Source: Paragordius varius (taxonomy: Eukaryota > Animalia > Nematomorpha). From it: 64,000 bases of DNA. A program made the position numbers and the translations under genes. Location: assembly GCA_964247055.1 (NCBI GenBank), contig OZ176054.1, positions 10,106,001 through 10,170,000 of the forward strand, in the 5' to 3' direction. The notes under the pieces were generated by a model. The model was not told where the DNA came from, made no database searches, and saw nothing but the letters and a program-made list of their open reading frames with translations. Shown in pieces: positions 35,101 through 53,100 of this stretch (position 1 is the first letter of the stretch; each line of letters starts with the position of its first letter).

Positions 35101-38100
35101 TTTTCAACTATCAAATAATATTTCAAATAATCAAAATATACCCAATAAAATTTTAGTACTCCTATGAATACACCATATTTTTCAACAATCAAAATATAAT
35201 AACATTCATATTATATAAACCAATAATATTTTAGTATTCCCACAATCAACCATATTTTTTCAACAATCAAATAATATTTCCAATAATTAAAATATATTAC
35301 CCAAAAATATTTTTGTGTTCCCACAATCAACCATATTTTTTTCAACAATCAAATAATATTTCCTATAATTAAAATATAATACCCAATAATATATAGTATT
35401 CCCAACAATCAACCATATTTTATCAACAATCAAATAATATTTCAAATAATCAAATTATAGTGCCTAAAAATATTTTAGTACTCCCAACAATCCACCATAT
35501 TTTTCAACAATCAAAATATATTAACATTCATATTATATAAACCAATTATATTTTAGTATTCCCACAATCAACCATATTTTTTCAACAATCAAATAATATT
35601 TCAATAATTAAAATATATTACCCAAAAATATTTTTGTATTCCCAAAACTCAACCATATTTTTTCAACTATCAAATAATATTTCAAATAATCAAAATATAC
35701 CCAATAAAATTTTAGTACTCCTAACAATCCACCATATTTTTCAACAATCAAAATATATTAACATTCATATTATATAAACCAGTAATATTTTAGTATTCCC
35801 ACAATCAACCATATTTTTTCAACAATCAAATAATATTTCCAATAATTAAAATATATTACCCAAAAATATTTTTGTATTCCCACAATCAACCATATTTTTT
35901 TCAACAATCAAATAATATTTCCTATAATTAAAATATAATACCCAATAATATATAGTATTCCCAACAATCAACCATATTTTATCAACAATCAAATAATATT
36001 TCAAATAATCAAATTATAGTGCCTAAAAATATTTTAGTACTCCCAACAATCCACCATATTTTTCAACAATCAAAATTTATTAACATTCATATTATATAAA
36101 CCAGTAATATTTTAGTATTCCCACAATCAACCATATTTTTTCAACAATCAAATAATATTTCAATAATTAAAATATAGTGCCTAAAATTATTTTAGTATTC
36201 CCAACAATCAACCATATTTTATCAACTATCAAATAATATTTCAAATAATCAAAATATACCCAATAAAATTTTAGTACTCCTAACAATCCACCATATTTTT
36301 CAACAATCAAAATATATTAACATTCATATTATATAAACCAATAATATTTTAATTCCAACAATCAACCATATTTTTCAACAATCAAATAATATTTCCCACA
36401 ATCAAAATATACCCAATAATATTTTAGTATTCCCATCAATCAACCATATTTTTTCAACAACCAAATAATATTTCCAATTAAAACATATTACCCAAAAATA
36501 TTTTTGTATTCCCACAATCAACCATATTTTTTCAACAATCAAATAATATTTCCTATAATTAAAATATACTACCTAATAATATATAGTATTCCCAACAATC
36601 AACCATATTTTATCAAAAATCAAATAATATTTCAAATAATCAAAATATAGTGCCTAAAAATATTTTAGTACTCCCAACAATCCACCATATTTTTCAACAA
36701 TCAAAATATATTAACATTCATATTATATAAACCAATAGTATTTTAGTATTCCCACAATTAACCATATTTTTTCAATAATCAAATAATATTTCAATAATTA
36801 AAATATATTACCCAAAAATATTTTTATATTCCCAACAATCAACCATATTTTATCAACTATATAATATTTCAAATAATCAAAATATACCCAATAAAATTTT
36901 AGTACTCCTGACAATCCACCATATTTTTCAACAATCAAAATATATTAACATTCATATTATATAAACCAATAATATTTTAGTATTCGCACAATCAACCATA
37001 TTTTTTCAACCATCAAATAATATTTCAAATAATCAAAATATACCCAATAATATTTTAGTATTCCCAAAAATCAACCATATTTTTTCAACAATCAAATAAT
37101 ATTTACAATAATTAAAATATATTACCCAAAAATATTTTTGTATTCCCAACAATCAACCATATTTTATCAACTATCTAATAATATTTCAAATAATCAAAAT
37201 ATAGTGCCTAAAAATATTTTAGTATTCCCAACAATCCACCATATTTTTCAACAATCAAAATATATTAACATTCATATTATATAAACCAATAATATTTTAG
37301 TATTCCCACAATACACCATATTTTTTCAACAATCAAATAATATTTCAATAATTAAAATATATTACCCAAAAATATTTTTGTATTCCCAAAACTCAACCAT
37401 ATTTTTTCAACTATCAAATAATATTTCAAATAATCAAAATATACCCAATAAAATTTTAGTACTCCTATGAATCCACCATATTTTTCAACAATCAAAATAT
37501 ATTAACATTCATATTATATAAACCAATAATATTTTAGTATTCCCACAATCAACCATATTTTTTCAACAATCAAATAATATTTCCAATAATTAAAATATAT
37601 TACCCAAAAATATTTTTGTATTCCCACAATCAACCATATTTTTTTCAACAATCAAATAATATTTCCTATAATTAAAATATAATACCCAATAATATATAGT
37701 ATTCCCAACAATCAACCATATTTTATCAACAATCAAATAATATTTCAAATAATCAAATTATAGTGCCTAAAAATATTTTAGTACTCCCAACAATCCACCA
37801 TATTTTTCAACAATCAAAATATATTAACATTCATATTATATAAACCAATAATATTTTAGTATTCCCACAATCAACCATATTTTTTCAACAATCAAATAAT
37901 ATTTCAATAATTAAAATATATTACCCAAAAATATTTTTGTATTCCCAAAACTCAACCATATTTTTTCAACTATCAAATAATATTTCAAATAATCAAAATA
38001 TACCCAATAAAATTTTAGTACTCCTAACAATCCACCATATTTTTCAACAATCAAAATATATTAACATTCATATTATATAAACCAGTAATATTTTAGTATT

Positions 38101-41100
38101 CCCACAATCAACCATATTTTTTCAACAATCAAATAATATTTCCAATAATTAAAATATATTACCCAAAAATATTTTTGTATTCCCACAATCAACCATATTT
38201 TTTTCAACAATCAAATAATATTTCCTATAATTAAAATATAATACCCAATAATATATAGTATTCCCAACAATCAACCATATTTTATCAACAATCAAATAAT
38301 ATTTCAAATAATCAAATTATAGTGCCTAAAAATATTTTAGTACTCCCAACAATCCACCATATTTTTCAACAATCAAAATTTATTAACATTCATATTATAT
38401 AAACCAGTAATATTTTAGTATTCCCACAATCAACCATATTTTTTCAACAATCAAATAATATTTCAATAATTAAAATATAGTGCCTAAAATTATTTTAGTA
38501 TTCCCAACAATCAACCATATTTTATCAACTATCAAATAATATTTCAAATAATCAAAATATACCCAATAAAATTTTAGTACTCCTAACAATCCACCATATT
38601 TTTCAACAATCAAAATATATTAACATTCATATTATATAAACCAATAATATTTTAATTCCAACAATCAACCATATTTTTCAACAATCAAATAATATTTCCC
38701 ACAATCAAAATATACCCAATAATATTTTAGTATTCCCATCAATCAACCATATTTTTTCAACAATCAAATAATATTTCCAATTAAAACATATTACCCAAAA
38801 ATATTTTTGTATTCCCACAATCAACCATATTTTTTCAACAATCAAATAATATTTCCTATAATTAAAATATACTACCTAATAATATATAGTATTCCCAACA
38901 ATCAACCATATTTTATCAAAAATCAAATAATATTTCAAATAATCAAAATATAGTGCCTAAAAATATTTTAGTACTCCCAACAATCCACCATATTTTTCAA
39001 CAATCAAAATATATTAACATTCATATTATATAAACCAATAGTATTTTAGTATTCCCACAATTAACCATATTTTTTCAATAATCAAATAATATTTCAATAA
39101 TTAAAATATATTACCCAAAAATATTTTTATATTCCCAACAATCAACCATATTTTATCAACTATATAATATTTCAAATAATCAAAATATACCCAATAAAAT
39201 TTTAGTACTCCTGACAATCCACCATATTTTTCAACAATCAAAATATATTAACATTCATATTATATAAACCAATAATATTTTAGTATTCCCACAATCAACC
39301 ATATTTTTTCAACAATCAAATAATATTTCCAATAATTAAAATATATTACCCAAAAATATTTTTGTATTCCCACAATCAACCATATTTTTTCAACAATCAA
39401 ATAATATTTAAAATAATCAAAATATAGTGCCTAAAAATATTTTAGTACTCCCAACAATCCACCATATTTTTCAACAATCAAAATATATTAACATTCATAT
39501 TATATCAACCAATAATATTTTAGTATTCGCACAATCAACCATATTTTTTCAACCATCAAATAATATTTCAATAATTAAAATATATTACCCAAAAATATTT
39601 TTGTATTCACAAAAATCAACCATATTTTTTCAACTATCAAATAATATTTCAAATAATCAAAATATACCCAATAAAATTTTAGTACTTATAACAATCCACC
39701 ATATTTTTCAACAATCAAAATATATTAACATTCATATTATATAAACCAATAATATTTTAGTATTCCCACAATCAACCATATTTTTTCAACAATCAAATAA
39801 TATTTCCAATTAAAACATATTACCCAAAAACATTTTTGTATTCCCACAATCAACCATATTTTTTCAACAATCAAATAATATTTCCTATAATTAAAATATA
39901 CTACCCAATAATATATAGTATTCCCAACAATCAACCATATTTTATCAAAAATCAAATAATATTTCAAATAATCAAAATATAGTGCCTAAAAATATTTTAG
40001 TACTCCCAACAATCCACCATATTTTTCAACAATCAAAATATATTAACATTCATATTATATAAACCAATAGTATTTTAGTATTCCCACAATCAACCATATT
40101 TTTTCAATAATCAAATAATATTTCAATAATTAAAATATATTACCCAAAAATATTTTTATATTCCCAACAATCAACCATATTTTATCAACTATCAAATAAT
40201 ATTTCAAATAATCAAAATATACCCAATAAAATTTTAGTACTCCTGACAATCCACCATATTTTTCAACAATCAACATATATTAACATTCATATTATATAAA
40301 CCAATAATATTTTAGTATTCCCACAATCAACCATATTTTTCAACAATCAAATAATATTTCCCACAATCAAAATATACCCAATAATATTTTAGTATTCCCA
40401 TCAATCAACCATATTTTTTCAACAATCAAATAATATTTCCAATTAAAATATATTACCCAAAAATATTTTTGTATTCCCACAATCAACCATATTTTTTCAA
40501 CAATCAAATAATATTTCCTATAATTAAAATATACTACCCAATAATATATAGTATTCCCAACAATCAACCATATTTTTTAAACAACTAAATAATATTTCCA
40601 ATAATTAAAATATATTACCCCAAAATATTTTAGTATTCCCAACAATCAACCAGATTTTATCAACAATCAAATAATATTTCAAATAATCAAAATATAGTGC
40701 CTAAAAATATTTTTGTATTCATAAAAATCAACCATATTTTTTCAACAATCAAATAATATTTCCCACAATCAAAATATACCCAATAATATTTTAGTATTCC
40801 CAACAATCAACCATATTTTTTCAACAATGAAATAATATTTTCCACAATCAAAATATATTACGCAAAAAATATTTTAGTATTCCCAAAAATCAACTATATT
40901 TTTTCAACAATCAAATAATATTTACAATAATTAAAATATATTACCCAAAAATATTTTTGTATTCCCAACAATCAACCATATTTTTTCAACTATCAAATAA
41001 TATTTCAAATAATCAAAATATACCCAATAAAATTTTAGTACTCCCAACAATCCATCATATTTTTCAACAATTAAATAATACTTCCCATAATAAAAATATA

Positions 41101-44100
41101 TTACCCAATAATATTAATTTCCAACAATCAACCATATTTTTTCAACTATCAAATAATATTTCCAATAATCAAAATATATTACCCAAAAATATTTTAGTCC
41201 AACAATCAACCATATTTTTCAACAATCAAATAATATTTCCCACAATCAAAATATACCCAATAATATTTTAGTATTCCCATCAATCAACCATATTTTTTCA
41301 ACAATCAAATAATATTTCCAATAATTAAAATATATTACCCAAAAATATTTTTGTATTCCAACAATCAACCATATTTTTTCAACAATCAAATAATATTTCC
41401 TATAATTAAAATATAATACCCAATAATATATAGTATTCCCAACAATCAACCATATTTTATCAACAATCAAATAATATTTCAAAAATTCAAAATATAGTGC
41501 CTAAAAATATTTTAGTACTCCCAACAATCCATAATATTTTTCAACAATCTAAATATATTAACATTCATATTATATAAACCAATAATATTTTAGTATTCGC
41601 ACAATCAACCATATTTTTTTAACCATCAAATAATATTTCAAATAATCAAAATATAGTGCCTAAAAATATTTATTATACCCAACAATCCACCATATTTTTC
41701 AACAATCGAATAATATTTCCCACAATCAAAATATACCCAATAATATTTTAGTATTCCCAAAAATCAACCATATTTTTTCAACAATCAAATAATATTTACA
41801 ATAATTAAAATATATTACCCAAAAATATTTTTGTATTCCCAACAATCAACCATATTTTATCAACTATCAAATAATATTTCAAATAATCATAATATAGTGC
41901 CTAAAAAAATTTTAGTATTACCAACAATCCACCATATTTTTCAACAATCAAAATATATTAACATTCATATTATATAAACCAATAATATTTTAGTATTCCT
42001 ACAATCAACCATATTTTTTCAACAATCAAATAATATTTCAATAATTAAAATATATTACCTAAAAATATTTTTGTATTCCCAAAACTCAACCATATTTTTT
42101 CAACTATCAAATAATATTTCAAATAATCAAAATATACCCAATAAAATTTTAGTACTCCTAACAATCCACCATATTTTTCAACAATCAAAATATATTAACA
42201 TTCATATTATATAAACCAATAATATTTTAGTATTCCCACAATCAACCATATTTTTTCAACAATCAAATAATATTTCCTATAATTAAAATATACTACCCAA
42301 TAATATATAGTATTCCCAACAATCAACCATATTTTTTAAACAACTAAATAATATTTCCAATAATTAAAATATATTACCCCAAAATATTTTAGATTCCCAA
42401 CAATCAACCATATTTTATCAACAATCAAATAATATTTCAAATAATCAAAATATAGTGCCTAAAAATATTTTAGTACTCCCAACAATCCACCATATTTTTC
42501 AACAATCAAAATATATTAACATTCATATTATATCAACCAATAATATTTTAGTATTCGCACAATCAACCATATTTTTTTAACCATCAAATAATGTTTCAAT
42601 AATTAAAATATATTACCCAAAAATATTTTTGTATTCACAAAAATCAACCATATTTTTTCAACTATCAAATAATATTTCAAATAATCAAAATATACCCAAT
42701 AAAATTTTAGTACTTATAACAATCCACCATATTTTTCAACAATCAAAATATATTAACATTCATATTATATAAACCAATAATATTTTAGTATTCCCACAAT
42801 CAACCATATTTTTTCAACAATCAAATAATATTTCCAATAATTAAAATATATTACCCAAAAATATTTTTGTATTCCCACAATCAACCATATTTTTCAACAA
42901 TCGAATAATATTTACAATAATTAAAATATATTACCCAAAAATATTTTTGTATTCACAAAAATCAACCATATTTTTTCAACTATCAAATAATATTTCAAAT
43001 AATCAAAATATACCCAATAAAATTTTAGTACTTATAACAATCCACCATATTTTTCAACAATCAAAATATATTAACATTCATATTATATAAACCAATAATA
43101 TTTTAGTATTCCCACAATCAACCATATTTTTTCAACCATCAAATAATATTTCAAATAATCAAAATATACCCAATAATATTTTAGTATTCCCAAAAATCAA
43201 CCATATTTTTTCAACAATCAAATAATATTTACAATAATTAAAATATATTACCCAAAAATATTTTTGTATTCCCAACAATCAACCATATTTTATCAACTAT
43301 CAAATAATATTTTAAATAATCAAAATATACCCAATAAAATTTTAGTACTCCTAACAATCCACCATATTTTTCAACAATCAAAATATATTAACATTTATAT
43401 TATATAAACCAATAATACAATCAACCATATTTTTATAAAATATCAAATAATATTTCAATAATTAAAATATATTACCCAAAAATATTTTTGTATTCCCAAC
43501 AATCAACCATATTTTATCAACTATCTAATAATATTTCAAATAATCAAAATATAGTGCCTAAAAATATTTTAGTATTCCCAACAATCCACCATATTTTTCA
43601 ACAATCAAAATATATTAACATTCATATTATATAAACCAATAATATTTTAGTATTCCCACAATACACCATATTTTTTCAACAATCAAATAATATTTCAATA
43701 ATTAAAATATATTACCCAAAAATATTTTTGTATTCCCAAAACTCAACCATATTTTTTCAACTATCAAATAATATTTCAAATAATCAAAATATACCCAATA
43801 AAATTTTAGTACTCCTATGAATCCACCATATTTTTCAACAATCAAAATATAATAACATTCATATTATATAAACCAATAATATTTTAGTATTCCCACAATC
43901 AACCATATTTTTTCAACAATCAAATAATATTTCCAATAATTAATATATAATACCCAATAATATATAGTATTCCCAACAATCAACCATATTTTATCAACAA
44001 TCAAATAATATTTCAAATAATCAAATTATACTGCCTAAAAATATTTTAGTACTCCCAACAATCCACCATATTTTTCAACAATCAAAATATATTAACATTC

Positions 44101-47100
44101 ATATTATATAAACCAATAATATTTTAGTATTCCCACAATCAACCATATTTTTTCAACAATCAAATAATATTTCAAATAATCAAAATATACCCAATAAAAT
44201 TTTAGTACTTATAACAATCCACCATATTTTTCAACAATCAAAATATATTAACATTCATATTATATAAACCAATAATATTTTAGTATTCCCACAATAAACC
44301 ATATTTTTTCAACAATCAAATAATATTTCAATAATTAAAATATATTACCCAAAAATATTTTTGTATTCCCAACAATCAACCATATTTTTTCAACTATCAA
44401 ATAATATTACCTATAATTAAAATATAATACCTAATATATAGTATTCCCAACAATCAACCATATTTTATCAACAATCAAATAATATTTCAAAAATTCAAAA
44501 TATAGTGCCTAAAAATATTTTAGTACTCCCAACAATCCATAATATTTTTCAACAATCTAAATATATTAACATTCATATTATATCAACCAATAATATTTTA
44601 GTATTCGCACAATCAACCATATTTTTTCAACCATCAAATAATATTTCAATAATTAAAATATATTACCCAAAAATATTTTTGTATTCACAAAAATCAACCA
44701 TATTTTTTCAACTATCAAATAATATTTCAAATAATCAAAATATAGCCAATAAAATTTTAGTACTCCTAACAATCCACCATATTTTTTCCACAATCGAATA
44801 ATATTTACAATAATTAAAATATATTACCCAAAAATATTTTTGTATTCACAAAAATCAACCATATTTTTTCAACTATCAAATAATATTTCAAATAATCAAA
44901 ATATACCCAATAAAATTTTAGTACTTATAACAATCCACCATATTTTTCAACAATCAAAATATATTAACATTCATATTATATAAACCAATAATATTTTAGT
45001 ATTCCCACAATCAACCATATTTTTTCAACCATCAAATAATATTTCAATAATTAAAATATATTACCCAAAAATATTTTTGTATTCATAAAAATCAACCATA
45101 TTTTTTCAACAATCAAATAATATTTCCCACAATCAAAATATACCCAATAATATTTTAGTATTCCCAACAATCAACCATATTTTTTCAACAATCAAATAAT
45201 ATTTCCAATAATTAAAATATAATACCCAATAATATATAGTATTCCCAACAATCAACCATATTTTATCAACAATCAAATAATATTTCAAATAATCAAAATA
45301 TAGTGCCTAAAAATATTTTAGTACTCCCAACAATCCATAATATTTTTCAACAATCAAAATATATTAACATTCATATTATATAAACCAATAATATTTTAGT
45401 ATTCGCACAATCAACCATATTTTTTTCAACCATCAAATAATATTTCAAATAATCAAAATATAGTGCCTAAAAATATTTATTATACCCAACAATCCACCAT
45501 ATTTTTCAACAATCGAATAATATTTCCCACAATCAAAATATACCCAATAATATTTTAGTATTCCCAAAAATCAACCATATTTTATCAACAATCAAATAAT
45601 ATTTCAAATAATTAAAATATATTACCCAAAAATATTTTTGTATTCCCACAATCAACCATATTTTTTCAACAATCAAATAATATTTCAAATAATCAAAATA
45701 TACCCAATAAAATTTTAGTACTTATAACAATCCACCATATTTTTCAACAATCAAAATATATTAACATTCATATTATATAAACCAATAATATTTTAGTATT
45801 CCCACAATAAACCATATTTTTTCAACAATCAAATAATATTTCAATAATTAAAATATATTACCCAAAAATATTTTTGTATTCCCAACAATCAACCATATTT
45901 TTTCAACTATCAAATAATATTTCAAAAATTCAAAATATACCCAATAAAATTTTAGTACTCCCAACAATCCACCATATTTTTCAACAATTAAATAATACTT
46001 CCAATAATAAAAATATATTACCCAATAATATTAATTTCCAACAATCAACCATATTTTTTCAACTATCAAATAATATTTCCAATAATCAAAATATATTACC
46101 CAAAAATATTTTAGTCCAACAATCAACCATATTTTTCAACAATCAAATAATATTTCCCACAATCAAAATATACCCAATAATATTTTAGTATTCCCATCAA
46201 TCAACCATATTTTTTCAACAATCAAATAATATTTCCAATAATTAAAATATATTACCCATAAATATTTTTGTATTCCCACAATCAACCATATTTTTTAAAC
46301 AACTAAATAATATTTCCAATAATTAAAATATATTACCCCAAAATATTTTAGTATTCCCAACAATCAACCATATTTTATCAACAATCAAATAATATTTTAA
46401 ATAATCAAAATATAGTGCCTAAAAATATTTTAGTACTCCCAACAATCCACCATATTTTTCAACAATCAAAATATATTAACATTCATATTATATCAACCAA
46501 TAATATTTTAGTATTCGCACAATCAACCATATTTTTTCAACCATCAAATAATATTTCAATAATTAAAATATATTACCCAAAAATATTTTTGTATTCACAA
46601 AAATCAACCATATTTTTTCAACTATCAAATAATATTTCAAATAATCAAAATATACCCAATAAAATTTTAGTACTTATAACAATCCACCATATTTTTCAAC
46701 AATCAAAATATATTAACATTCATATTATATAAACCAATAATATTTTAGTATTCCCACAATCAACCATATTTTTTCAATAATCAAATAATATTTCCAATTA
46801 AAACATATTACCCAAAAATATTTTTGTATTCCCACAATCAACCATATTTTTTCAACAATCAAATAATATTTCCTATAATTAAAATATACTACCCAATAAT
46901 ATATAGTATTCCCAACAATCAACCATATTTTATCAAAAATCAAATAATATTTCAAATAATCAAAATATAGTGCCTAAAAATATTTTAGTACTCCCAACAA
47001 TCCACCATATTTTTCAACAATCAAAATATATTAACATTCATATTATATAAACCAATAGTATTTTAGTATTCCCACAATCAACCTTATTTTTTCAATAATC

Positions 47101-50100
47101 AAATAATATTTCAATAATTAAAATATATTACCCAAAAATATTTTTATATTCCCAACAATCAACCATATTTTATCAACTATCAAATAATATTTCAAATAAT
47201 CAAAATATACCCAATAAAATTTTAGTACTCCTAACAATCCACCATATTTTTCAACAATCAAAATATATTAACATTCATATTATATAAACCAATAATATTT
47301 TAATTCCAACAATCAACCATATTTTTCAACAATCAAATAATATTTCCAATAATCAAAATATATTACCCAAAAATATTTTAGTCCAACAATCAACCATATT
47401 TTTCAACAATCAAATAATATTTCCCACAATCAAAATATACCCAATAATATTTTAGTATTCCCATCAATCAACCATATTTTTTCAACAATCAAATAATATT
47501 TCCAATAATTAAAATATATTACCCAAAAATATTTTTGTATTCCCACAATCAACCATATTTTTTCAACAATCAAATAATATTTCCTATAATTAAAATATAA
47601 TACCCAATAATATATAGTATTCCCAACAATCAACCATATTTTATCAACAATCAAATAATATTTCAAAAATTCAAAATATAGTGCCTAAAAATATTTTAGT
47701 ACTCCCAACAATCCATAATATTTTTCAACAATCTAAATATATTAACATTCATATTATATAAACCAATAATATTTTAGTATTCGCACAATCAACCATATTT
47801 TTTCAACCATCAAATAATATTTCAAATAATCAAAATATAGTGCCTAAAAATATTTATTATACCCAACAATCCACCATATTTTTCAACAATCGAATAATAT
47901 TTCCCACAATCAAAATATACCCAATAATATTTTAGTATTCCCAAAAATCAACCATATTGTTTCAACAATCAAATAATATTTACAATAATTAAAATATATT
48001 ACCCAAAAATATTTATGTATTCCCAACAATCAACCATATTTTATCAACTATCAAATAATATTTCAAATAATCATAATATAGTGCCTAAAAATATTTTAGT
48101 ATTCCCAACAATCCACCATATTTTTCAACAATCAAAATATATTAACATTCATATTATATAAACCAATAATATTTTAGTATTCCTACAATCAACCATATTT
48201 TTTCAACAATCAAATAATATTTCAATAATTAAAATATATTACCTAAAAATATTTTTGTATTCCCAAAACTCAACCATATTTTTTCAACTATCAAATAATA
48301 TTTCAAATAATCAAAATATACCCAATAAAATTTTAGTACTCCTAACAATCCACCATATTTTTCAACAATCAAAATATATTAACATTCATATTATATAAAC
48401 CAATAATATTTTAGTATTCCCACAATCAACCATATTTTTTCAACAATCAAATAATATTTCCTATAATTAAAATATACTACCCAATAATATTTAGTATTCC
48501 CAACAATCAACCATATTTTTTTAACAGTGAAATAATATTTCCAAAATCAAAATATATTACGTAAAAAACTTTTTAGTATTCCCACAATCAACCATATTTT
48601 TTCAACAATCAAATAATATTTTATATAATTAAAATATACTACCCAATAATATTTAGTATTCCCAACAATCAACCATATTTTTTTAACAACTAAATAATAT
48701 TTCCAATAATTAAAATATATTACCCAATAAAATTTTAGTACTCCCAACAATCCACCATATTTTTCAACAATTAAATAATACTTCCAATAATAAAAATATA
48801 TTACCCAATAATATTAATTTCCAACAATCAACCATATTTTTTCAACTATCAAATAATATTTCCAATAATCAAAATATATTACCCAAAAATATTTTAGTCC
48901 AACAATCAACCATATTTTTCAACAATCAAATAATATTTCCCACAATCAAAATATACCCAATAATATTTTATAATTCCCATCAATCAACCATATTTTTCCA
49001 ACGATCAAATAATATTTAAAATAATTAAAATATATTACCCAAAAATATTTTTGTATTCCCACAATCAACCATATTTTTTCAACAATCAAATAATATTTCC
49101 TATAATTAAAATATACTACCCAATAATATATAGTATTCCCAACAATCAACCATATTTTTTAAACAACTAAATAATATTTCCAATAATTAAAATATATTAC
49201 CCCAAAATATTTTAGTATTCCCAACAATCAACCATATTTTATCAACAATCAAATAATATTTTAAATAATCAAAATATAGTGCCTAAAAATATTTTAGTAC
49301 TCCCAACAATCCACCATATTTTTCAACAATCAAAATATAATAACATTCATATTATATCAACCAATAATATTTTAGTATTCGCACAATCAACCATATTTTT
49401 TCAACCATCAAATAATATTTCAATAATTAAAATATATTACCCAAAAATATTTTTGTATTCACAAAAATCAACCATATTTTTTCAACTATCAAATAATATT
49501 TCAAATAATCAAAATATACCCAATAAAATTTTAGTACTTATAACAATCCACCATATTTTTCAAGAATCAAAATATATTAACATTCATATTATATAAACCA
49601 ATAATATTTTAGTATTCCCACAATCAACCATATTTTTTCAACAATCAAATAATATTTCCAATAATTAAAATATATTACCCAAAAATATTTTTGTATTCCC
49701 ACAAACCATATTTTTCAACAATCGAATAATATTTACAATAATTAAAATATATTACCCAAAAATATTTTTGTATTCACAAAAATCAACCATATTTTTTCAA
49801 CTATCAAATAATATTTCAAATAATCAAAATATACCCAATAAAATTTTAGTACTTATAACAATCCACCATATTTTTTAACAATCAAAATATATTAACATTC
49901 AAATTATATAAACCAATAATATTTTAGTATTCCCACAATCAACCATATTTTTTCAACCATCAAATAATATTTCAATAATTAAAATATATTACCAAAAATA
50001 TTTTTGTATTCATAAAAATCAACCATATTTTTTCAACAATCAAATAATATTTCCCACAATCAAAATATACCCAATAATATTTTAGTATTCCCAACAATCA

Positions 50101-53100
50101 ACCATATTTTTTCAACAATAAAATAATATTTTCCACAATCAAAATATATTACGCAAAAAATATTTTATTCCCAAAAATCAACTATATTTTTTCAACAAAC
50201 AAATAATATTTACAATAATTAAAATATATTACCCAAAAATATTTTTGTATTCCCAACAATCAACCATATTTTTTCAACTATCAAATAATATTTCAAATAA
50301 TCAAAATATACCCAATAAAATTTTAGTACTCCCAACAATCCACCATATTTTTCAACAATTAAATAATACTTCCAATAATAAAAATATATTACCCAATAAT
50401 ATTAATTTCCAACAATCAACCATATTTTTTCAACTATCAAATAATATTTAAAATAATCAAAATATATTACCCAAAAATATTTTAGTCCAACAATCAACCA
50501 TATTTTTCAACAATCAAATAATATTTCCCACAATCAAAATATACCCAATAATATTTTAGTATTCCCATCAATCAACCATATTTTTTCAACAATCAAATAA
50601 TATTTCCAATAATTAAAATATATTACCCAAAAATATTTTTGTATTCCCACAATCAACCATATTTTTTCAACAATCAAATAATATTTCCTATAATTAAAAT
50701 ATAATACCCAATAATATATAGTATTCCCAACAATCAACCATATTTTATCAACAATCAAATAATATTTCAAATAATCAAAATATAGTGCCTAAAAATATTT
50801 TAGTACTCCCAACAATCCATAATATTTTTCAACAATCAAAATATATTAACATTCATATTATATAAACCAATAATATTTTAGTATTCGCACAATCAACCAT
50901 ATTTTTTTCAACCATCAAATAATATTTCAAATAATCAAAATATAGTGCCTAAAAATATTTATTATACCCAACAATCCACCATATTTTTCAACAATCGAAT
51001 AATATTTCCCACAATCAAAATATACCCAATAATATTTTAGTATTCCCAAAAATCAACCATATTTTTTCAACAATCAAATAATATTTTATATAATTAAAAT
51101 ATACTACCCAATAATATTTAGTATTCCCAACAATCAACCATATTTTTTCAACGATCAAATAATATTTAAAATAATTAAAATATATTACCCAAAAATATTT
51201 TTGTATTCCCACAATCAACCATATTTTTTCAACAATCAAATAATATTTCCTATAATTAAAATATACTACCCAATAATATATAGTATTCCCAACAATCAAC
51301 CATATTTTTTAAACAACTAAATAATATTTCCAATAATTAAAATATATTACCCCAAAATATTTTAGTATTCCCAACAATCAACCATATTTTATCAACAATC
51401 AAATAATATTTCAAATAATCAAAATATAGTGCCTAAAAATATTTTAGTACTCCCAACAATCCACCATATTTTTCAACAATCAAAATATATTAACATTCAT
51501 ATTATATCAACCAATAATATTTTAGTATTCGCACAATCAACCATATTTTTTCAACCATCAAATAATATTTCAATAATTAAAATATATTACCCAAAAATAT
51601 TTTTGTATTCACAAAAATCAACCATATTTTTTCAACTATCAAATAATATTTCAAATAATCAAAATATACCCAATAAAGTTTTAGTACTTATAACAATCCA
51701 ACATATTTTTTAACAATCAAAATATATTAACATTCATATTATATAAACCAATAATATTTTAGTATTCCCACAATCAACCATATTTTTTCAACAATCAAAT
51801 AATATTTCCAATAATTAAAATATATTACCCAAAAATATTTTTGTATTCCCACAATCAACCATATTTTTTAACAATCGAATAATATTTACAATAATTAAAA
51901 TATATTACCCAAAAATATTTTTGTATTCACAAAAATCAACCATATTTTTTCAACTATCAAATAATATTTCAAATAATCAAAATATACCCAATAAAATTTT
52001 AGTACTTATAACAATCCACGATATTTTTCAACAATCAAAATATATTAACATTCATATTATATAAACCAATAATATTTTAGTATTCCCACAATCAACCATA
52101 TTTTTTCAACCATCAAATAATATTTCAATAATTAAAATATATTACCCAAAAATATTTTTGTATTCCCACAATCAACCATATTTTTTCAACAATCAAATAA
52201 TATTTCCTATAATTAAAATATAATACCCAATAATATATAGTATTCCCAACAATCAACCATATTTTTTCAACAATCAAATAATATTTCCCACAATCAAAAT
52301 ATACCCAATAATATTTTAGTATTCCCAACAATCAACCACTTTTTTTTCAACAATGAAATAATATTTTCCACAATCAAAATATATTACGCAAAAAATATTT
52401 TATTCCCAAAAATCAACTATATTTTTTCAACAATCAAATAATATTTACAATAATTAAAATATATTACCCAAAAATATTTTTGTATTCCCAACAATCAACC
52501 ATATTTTTTCAACAATCAAATAATATTTCCTATAATTAAAATATACTACCCAATAATATATAGTATTCCCAACAATCAACCATATTTTTTAAACAACTAA
52601 ATAATATTTCCAATAATTAAAATATATTACCCCAAAATATTTTAGTATTCCCAACAATCAACCATATTTTATCAACAATCAAATAATATTTCAAATAATC
52701 AAAATATAGTGCCTAAAAATATTTTAGTACTCCCAACAATCCACCATATTTTTCAACAATCAAAATATATTAACATTCATATTATATCAACCAATAATAT
52801 TTTAGTATTCGCACAATCAACCATATTTTTTCAACCATCAAATAATGTTTCAATAATTAAAATATATTACCCAAAAATATTTTTGTATTCCCACAATCAA
52901 CCATATTTTTTCAACAATCAAATAATATTTCCTATAATTAAAATATAATACCCAATAATATATAGTATTCCCAACAATCAACCATATTTTTTCAACAATC
53001 AAATAATATTTCCCACAATCAAAATATACCCAATAATATTTTAGTATTCCCAACAATCAACCATATTTTTTCAACAATGAAATAATATTTTGCACAATCC

